Shown here in pieces: positions 57,879-64,000 of a stretch of 64,000 bases of DNA (position 1 is its first letter; each line of letters opens with the position of its first letter). The position numbers and the translations under genes are program-made. The notes beneath the pieces were generated by a model. The model had not been told where the DNA came from and made no database searches. It worked only from the letters and a program-made list of their open reading frames with translations. The stretch comes from an uncultured Candidatus Rokubacteria bacterium (lineage in GTDB: Bacteria > Methylomirabilota > Methylomirabilia > Rokubacteriales > DASRDR01), in the NCBI GenBank assembly GCA_963826115.1, contig CAWGVS010000005.1:1248001-1312000 (forward strand). The letters run 5' to 3'.

Positions 57879-59530
57879 CTACGGCTGCACCGTCAGCAAC
57901 GTGCTACCGAGCAGACTGTACCCCGACGCCCCCGTCTGCAGATAGACCTGCACGGTGACCGGCCCCGCCGACAGCCCGGGCCAGTTGGCATTGCCCGGGA
58001 GCGCCGTCGCCGCCGTCGGGTACGGGACCGTCAGCGACGTCGCCGTCATCCCCGTGGCCCGCGCCTGCGCCAGGTATGTCCCGTTGCGCATGAAGTTCAC
58101 CACCGGCAGCCCGAAGCCCAGATTCGCGAAACCGCTCCCCGTGACGGTGAACGTCGCCGGCGGCGCCACCAGGTCGATCGAGCTCGGCGTGATGCCGCTC
58201 ACGCCCGGAGGCGGCCGTGTGTCGGTCACCGTGAGGGCGGCGCTGCCGAGCAAGCTGTACCCCGACGTCCCCGTCTGCAGAAACAGCTGCACGGTCACCG
58301 CCCCGGCGGACAGCCCCGGACCACTTGGGGTGAGGGTCGTCGCCACCGTCGGGAAGGGCACCGTCAGCGACGTCGCCGTCTCCGGCCGTGGCGCGCGCTT
58401 GCGCCAGCAGGGTCCCGTTGCGCATGAAGTTCGCGATCGGCAGTCCAAAGCCCTGGTTCGTGAAACCGCTGCCGGTGAGGGCAAACGTCACCGGCGGCGC
58501 CGCCAGGTTGATCGAACTCGGCGTGATGCCGGTCACGCCCGGAACCGGCCGTGTGTCAGCACCGTGAGGACGGCGCTCCCGAGCAAGCTGAAGCTGGACG
58601 CTCCCGTCTGCAGAAAGAGCTGCACGGTGACCGGCCCCGCGGACAGCCCGGAACAGTTGGGGTGCGGGATCGCTGTCACCGCGTCGGGTAAGGGCACCGT
58701 CAGCGACGTCACCGTCCCGGCCGTGGCCCGCGCTTGCGCCAGGTAGGGTCCCATTGCGCGTGAAGTTCACCATCGGCAGTCCGAAGCCCAGATTCGCGAA
58801 CCCACCCCGGTGACGGTGAACGTCACCGGCGGCGTCACCAGGTCGATCGAACTCGGCGTGATGCCGGTCACACCCGGAGCCGGCCGTGTGTCGGTCGACC
58901 GTGAGGGTGGCGCTCCCGAGGAGCTGAAGCTGGACGCTCCCGTCTGCAGATAGACCTGCACGGTGACCGCCCCGGCGGACAGCCCGACCACCTGGTGGTG
59001 AGGGTCGTCGCCGCCGTCGGGTAAGGGCACCGTCAGCGACGCGCCGTCCCGGCCGTGGCCCGCGCTTGCGCCAGCATGTGCCCCGTTGCGCGTGAAGTTC
59101 ACGATCGGCAGCCCAAAGCCCAGATTCGCGAAACCGCCGCCCGCGACGTGAAGGTCGCCGGCGGCGCCACCAGGTCGATCGCGCTCGGCGTGATGCCGGT
59201 CACGCCTGGAACCGCGTGTCGGTCACGGCGAGGACGCGCTCCCGAGCGAGCTGAAGCTGGACGCTCCCGTCTGCAGATAACACCTGCACGGTGACCGGCC
59301 CCGCGGACAGCCCCGGAACAGTTGGGGTGAGGGTCGTGGCCGCCGTCGGGTACGGGCACCGTCAGCGACGCCGCCGTCCCCCGTGGCCCGCGCTTGCGCC
59401 AGCAGGGTCCCGTTGCGCGATGAAGTTCACGATCGGCAGCCCAAAACCGAGGTTCGCGAAACACTCCCGGTGACGGTGAACGTCGTCGGTGGCGCCGCTA
59501 GGTCGACTGTACTCGGCGCAATGGTCGGTT
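57879..59530. repeat. Five tandem ~333-bp coding repeats
   Basis: Marker g(a/g)ttcg(c/t)gaa recurs at ~58121, 58455, 58791, 59123 and 59451. Confidence 0.9.
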
Positions 59531-59932
59531 GAGGCACTACAGCGCTCAACGTTGCGATGGAGCCATCGGCGAAGTGCGCCGTGAGCACGAACGTCGCCCC
59601 ACCAACGAAGAGCGGAATGGTGGTGTCAGCGGCGAAGACATAGAACGTCTGGCCGTCTGTGACGGGGAACGTCACCGTCCCGTCACTGGCGTTGAGGAGA
59701 GGTCCGTCCAACGTGGCTGCGGCGCCCAGGATCCAGGAAGCCGTGGTTGAGACGTGTCCCACGTCCCAGCCCCGTCGCTCCGGCGCAGCTCCAGCGCAGT
59801 GACCGTGCGGCCCACGCCGAGCGTCGACTGAACCGTGACCGCAAACGTCGCGTCGAGCACACCGTCGGGGCCCACCGTGGTAGCGCTCTGACGCACCTTG
59901 TCGCGCATCTTGCCGAGGTAGCTGAGCGTCAT
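57879..59932 (-). CDS. C-terminal part of the secreted S8 protease: one unknown beta-domain plus 5 Ig/IPT-like repeats (multiply frameshifted)
   Basis: ORF fragments share the unit GITPSSIDL..PP.TF.VTG.GF.N.GFGLP..NF.RNG...AQARAT...LQTG...LLGS. No signal peptide of its own. Confidence 0.65.
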
Positions 59933-61617
59933 CGCGGGAGGTCGGGCACGACCTTGAAGCCGTCCGAGCGCGTCACGCTCTGGCCGCCGGGGTTGGAAAC
60001 GGTGACGTCCCGAAATCCGAAGGTGGCCGTCGAGGCGATCGTGATGTTCACGGTGAGGTCTGTCGCCGAGTTGACGGTCGTGCTGTTGACCGTGACGCCA
60101 TCGCCAAACGTCGCCGTGGCACCGGACTGGAAGTTAGCTCCGCTGATCGCGACGTTCAGCGTGGCGCCGGTGACGCCGACACCCGGGGTGATGGAGCCGA
60201 TGAACGGGACGCCCGGCGAGAGACTCGCCAGCGCCTGCAGCAGCCGGATCCGTGGCTTGGTGATCGGTACGTCGCCGCGCGTGTCCGTGATCGGGAGTCC
60301 GCTCACCTGGAGCGCCGTCAGGATCTCGTCCACGCTGGCGGTGGGATGCGCCTGCCTGAGAAGGGCGAAGCCACCCGCAACATGCGGCGCGGCCATCGAG
60401 GTGCCATCGAACTCCGCGTAGTCACCGCCGGGAATCGACGAGACGATCGCGCCCCCGGGGGCGAACAGCGAGAGGAAGCTCGCCACGTTGGAGAAGTACG
60501 AGACCTCGTCGTCCTTATCCGTTGATCCGACGCTGACCGCGGACGAGACGCAGGCCGGAATCGAGAGGGCATCAGTCTCGCCGCTGTTGCCCGAGGCCAC
60601 GACGGTCGCGATCCCGACCGAGCGGAGGTTGTCGATGGCCGGCTTGTAGGGCTCCATGTCGCACGGTGACGTGGACGAGCCGCCACCGAGGCTCATGTTC
60701 ACGGCCCCGAACGCATGCGTATTGCGGAGCTCGTAGACGCGCTCAAGCCCGGCGATGACGTCCGAATCCCAGGCGGCCAGGCAGGGCGGAAAGCCGCCAC
60801 AGTCGAGAAACCTGTTGAACTGGGAGAACACCTGGACGGCCATGATCCCTGCGCCTTTGGCCACCCCGGAGAACGGCACGCCGCCGGAGTCTCCATTCCC
60901 CGCGGCGATGCCGGCCACGTGAGTGCCATGCTCGCATCCGAAGAGGACGTCGGGGTCGCAGTTGATGCCGGCGCCCGGCCCGGTCTGCTCCGCCTGACCG
61001 TTCGGGCAGAGGCTGCTGCTGCGGGTCCCGACCGTGCTCGAGTAGCACGCCTCCTCGACGATACGGCCGGCCAGGAACGGATGGCTCGCGTCGACGCCCG
61101 TGTCCACGATCGCTACCACCGTGCCCGTGCCATCGAATCCGACCGACCACATCTGATCGGCCTCGACGAGGGGAACACTCTCCGCCAGGGTCGGGCGCCG
61201 GAGCTTGTCCTGGAACACGCGCGAGACCTGGAGCCCGGAGGCCTCCAGCTCTCGCAGCGCATCCGGCCCCGCCTCGAGGGCCAGGAACGGGACGGAGTCG
61301 TACCGGTGCAGAACGCGATGGCTGCTGGCCTGCAGTCTCGTGAGGAGCTGCGCGCGGGCGGTCGCGATGCCTCGCCGTTGCGCGGCGCGAAGGGCGAGGT
61401 TCGCAAGTCGCCCCTCTGGCACGTGGAGACCGGAAGGGAGACGGAGCTCGACGATCACCCTGGCGACACCGTCGCGCCGAGCGTCGTCGTGGGCGCCCTG
61501 CGGGACGAGACTGCTCGCCGCGGCGGCCGCCTCGGGGGGCTGCGCGGCGGCCGCCAGGCCTACCAGAAGCGCGCACAGTGCGATGAGTGACAGCAGCGAT
61601 CGGTGCCGGCGTCCCAT
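59929..61617 (-). CDS. Secreted S8 subtilisin-like serine protease with I9 propeptide and IPT/TIG domain
   Basis: Signal peptide, catalytic VDTG / HGTHVAG / GTSMAAPHVAG, SGN oxyanion. RBS AAGGAG before ATG 61617. Confidence 0.92.
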   Translation of the reverse strand: MGRRHRSLLSLIALCALLVGLAAAAQPPEAAAAASSLVPQGAHDDARRDGVARVIVELRLPSGLHVPEGRLANLALRAAQRRGIATARAQLLTRLQASSHRVLHRYDSVPFLALEAGPDALRELEASGLQVSRVFQDKLRRPTLAESVPLVEADQMWSVGFDGTGTVVAIVDTGVDASHPFLAGRIVEEACYSSTVGTRSSSLCPNGQAEQTGPGAGINCDPDVLFGCEHGTHVAGIAAGNGDSGGVPFSGVAKGAGIMAVQVFSQFNRFLDCGGFPPCLAAWDSDVIAGLERVYELRNTHAFGAVNMSLGGGSSTSPCDMEPYKPAIDNLRSVGIATVVASGNSGETDALSIPACVSSAVSVGSTDKDDEVSYFSNVASFLSLFAPGGAIVSSIPGGDYAEFDGTSMAAPHVAGGFALLRQAHPTASVDEILTALQVSGLPITDTRGDVPITKPRIRLLQALASLSPGVPFIGSITPGVGVTGATLNVAISGANFQSGATATFGDGVTVNSTTVNSATDLTVNITIASTATFGFRDVTVSNPGGQSVTRSDGFKVVPDLPR

Positions 61618-61722
61618 GGAGAGTCTCCTTCCACGCCCGCGCGTCACGGCTCTCCCGTGACGCGCTGCGCCGCGGCATCGGCCACCTTCCGGTCTCGGAC
61701 CGACCAACCTGGCGAACGCGAC

Positions 61723-61737
61723 GCAATCCCGCTGCCA
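61723..61737 (-). promoter_or_regulatory. Putative sigma54 promoter of the S8 protease
   Basis: Minus strand TGGCAGCGGGATTGC (GG-N10-GC), ~105 nt upstream of the ATG, within a 525-bp intergenic region. Confidence 0.55.
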
Positions 61738-62142
61738 TCGAAGCAATACGGAATGTCGGGGAATATCGGCGTTCCGTGCGACAACCTCGGGCACGTTCGC
61801 GCCGAGGTCGACGGCGTCAGATCCGCGCATCTCGCCACCGAATCTGCTCAATCTGGCGCTGCCGCAAATGGGAAGAGGACCGGCGGAGTTTGTCCACCTG
61901 TCGGGCATTCTTCCCGGGGTGACCGGCCCGAAAAGGAGCCGTTAGTGACGCATCGCGTCGAGAGTGGGCGACCGGGGACTCCCCCGCTAGCCGGCCAGTG
62001 GCCGCTCGCAAGGCGACTGCGGGTTCGGCCTCAGATCGAATCGTGGGTGGGGAGGCGGCGCCGCACATAGCCCCGAAGGAGCGTCAAACCTGCGCGCCGC
62101 GCTCCGCCTGGCTGCAGTCCGGGGATCCGCCGCCTCAATCGC

Positions 62143-63636
62143 TCATTCCGGCGGCCTCGCGCCACGAGTCGCGTAGAGGCGCCACGTGCCGCTAATCGTG
62201 ACCGGCACAATGGGAAACTCCTCGGCGACGCGCCGGTGGAGGTCGGGACCCGCGTTGATGAGCGCGTAGTCGAAGTAGGCGAAGTCCCCGGGCCTGGCCG
62301 ACTCCGGGAACCACTCGAGCCCGGGAGTCCAGGGCCGCCGCTGCGGGAGAGCGTCGACGACGAGGCTCGGTGCGAACTCGGCAAAGGAGAAGTTCAGCCG
62401 GCCACCGTGGACGACCTGCGAGTACGCGAACACCTGCATGAGCGGACGCGTCTTGAGGAGCGGCGTGGATTCAACGTAGTCGAGGCCGATGACCCGCGGC
62501 CGCTCCGGCAAAGCCTCCAGCGCGGCCCGGAGGCCCGCCAGGCTGGTCCGCTCGAACGTGTGCCACACCGCCGCCGTCGTGAGCGTCATGGTGGCCAGGA
62601 AGCCGAGCGCGATGGCGCGCTGGACGAGCGATCGAAGGGGCGGGACCGGCAGGGCCAGAATGCCGAGAGTCATCGCGAACGGCATCCAGCGCTGGGCGAA
62701 GCGAATGGTGTTCGTATGCTGGCGCGGGAGGAACAGGGCAAGCGCCAGGAACAACCCAGCCGCGAGGAGAAGCTCACGGTCCGTGGAACCTCGTCCCCCA
62801 GGACGGCGGGACCAGGCTCCCCAAAGCCCGAAGGCGAGCCAGGCCACGATCCCGCCGAGAATGATGGGCTCGACCGGCCCGGCAAGGGCCCCGAAGGCGG
62901 CGTCCAGGAGCCACTTCGGCGCCAGACGCGCGAGCGGGCTCGGTCCCCATGCGGTTACCGAGCGGAAGCCTCGCTCGTCGAGGTGGGGAAACCAGACGGC
63001 CACCCCGACCAGCACGGGCATCACGCTGCTCAGCCGGAGGGCGAGCGATCCCAAGGGCACGCGAAACACGAGCCCGCTGACGACGAGCCACAGGACGGCC
63101 GCCGCCAGCCACAGGACGTGGCTGGCGTAGAGGAGCACGGCGCACCCGAGGAGCAAGGCGAGGTCCGTCCACGCAACCCGACGCGCCCGCTCGCCCGTCG
63201 TCAGGATCAACCACAGCGCGAAGATCGGCCACGTGAACAGGAAGTTGTAGAAGCCCCAGTACACGACGTGGCTGAAGAAGAGCGTCGACGCCAGCGTGGC
63301 GGCGGCGGGCGAGCGGTCTCGGACGGCCGCCAGATGGTGAGTCGCGCCGACCCAGAGAAGGCCGATCGCGAGCATGGCGATACGTCCGGCGTCCAGGGGC
63401 CCGACGACGGCCCACGCCGCTCCGATGAGCGCGTAGACGAGGGCATACGGCGTGAACCACTGGACCGTGTACGGGCTGTCCAGGTGACCCACCGTCTCCA
63501 GGAGCAATCGGATCTGGGCGACGTGTTGGGGCAGGTCGGTGATGGGAGGGAAGCGGACGATCAGGAAGGGGCACGCGACGAGAATGCACGAGACACCGAG
63601 CATCGCGGCCCGCTCGCCAGTTCCCCGCAGCCTCAC
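62143..63636 (-). CDS. GT-C-like polytopic membrane protein
   Basis: PPITDLPQH after TM1, WFTPY, YWGFYNF, ~11 TM, soluble C-terminal domain. Alternative ATG at 63603. Confidence 0.65.
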   Translation of the reverse strand: MRLRGTGERAAMLGVSCILVACPFLIVRFPPITDLPQHVAQIRLLLETVGHLDSPYTVQWFTPYALVYALIGAAWAVVGPLDAGRIAMLAIGLLWVGATHHLAAVRDRSPAAATLASTLFFSHVVYWGFYNFLFTWPIFALWLILTTGERARRVAWTDLALLLGCAVLLYASHVLWLAAAVLWLVVSGLVFRVPLGSLALRLSSVMPVLVGVAVWFPHLDERGFRSVTAWGPSPLARLAPKWLLDAAFGALAGPVEPIILGGIVAWLAFGLWGAWSRRPGGRGSTDRELLLAAGLFLALALFLPRQHTNTIRFAQRWMPFAMTLGILALPVPPLRSLVQRAIALGFLATMTLTTAAVWHTFERTSLAGLRAALEALPERPRVIGLDYVESTPLLKTRPLMQVFAYSQVVHGGRLNFSFAEFAPSLVVDALPQRRPWTPGLEWFPESARPGDFAYFDYALINAGPDLHRRVAEEFPIVPVTISGTWRLYATRGARPPE

Positions 63637-63641
63637 GGAGG

Positions 63642-64000
63642 TCAGCGCACTCGCGCGTAGCGCTCGACGCGGCGCTCGAGGAGGGCGATCCCCTCGGAGA
63701 CCGCGTAGGCGAACGTGAACACGACGATGACGAGGGCCCAGAACTCCTCGAACAGGAAGTTCTGCGAGTAGGTCTCGAAGAGCTCGCCAACCCCGAGGAT
63801 CGCGATGAGGAGCTGGCCGATGACGACGCCCTTGACGCCGCGGATCGCGCCGAGGCGGACGCCGGTGAGGATCTCCGGGAGCGCCGCGGGCAGGAGGATC
63901 TTCCGGTAGAGGTCGCCGTGCCCCGCCCCGAAGCAGCGGGCCATCTCCACGAGCGACCGGCTCGCCTGGCGGACGCCCACCTCGGTGTCGAGGGCGATGA
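63642..64000 (-). CDS. NitT/TauT (SsuC-like) ABC permease, 5' end beyond the window edge
   Basis: GVRQASRSLVEMARCFGA...ILLPAALPEILTGVRLG. Confidence 0.85.
   Translation of the reverse strand, partial: IALDTEVGVRQASRSLVEMARCFGAGHGDLYRKILLPAALPEILTGVRLGAIRGVKGVVIGQLLIAILGVGELFETYSQNFLFEEFWALVIVVFTFAYAVSEGIALLERRVERYARVR

Noticed and set aside
57879-59530. Tandem repeats as a CRISPR array or DGR TR/VR pair
   Set aside because: Units are ~333 bp, protein-coding and lack spacers. There is no cas or reverse transcriptase gene and no evident adenine-specific variation.
61618-62142. ORFs or ncRNA in the 525-bp intergenic region
   Set aside because: The ORFs lack codon bias and motifs, and there is no recognisable tRNA or riboswitch. 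Best explained as a promoter/enhancer region.

Overview
Very GC-rich, gene-dense bacterial chromosome segment. The many family-5 SBP/DppBC transporters, enolase-superfamily and nitrilase enzymes and orphan CoxL-like subunit suggest Candidatus Rokubacteria/Methylomirabilota (inference). Positions 1-48 kb are a mosaic of scavenging and catabolic modules: three peptide/nickel-family ABC modules that all lack ATPase genes, plus hydrolases, oxidoreductases and a RelE-type TA pair in a small lower-GC patch. Positions 48.5-63.6 kb form a cell-surface glycosylation-like island: three GT-C-like polytopic membrane proteins, a GT2 and a GT4 that lie in frame across one UGA followed by a hairpin, SAM methyltransferases, and a secreted S8 protease with five ~333-bp Ig-like repeats behind a candidate sigma54 promoter. 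Several genes carry single-base frameshifts, most likely long-read assembly errors. No rRNA, tRNA, CRISPR array, transposase or integrase was seen. All calls come from motif reading by eye, not database searches.
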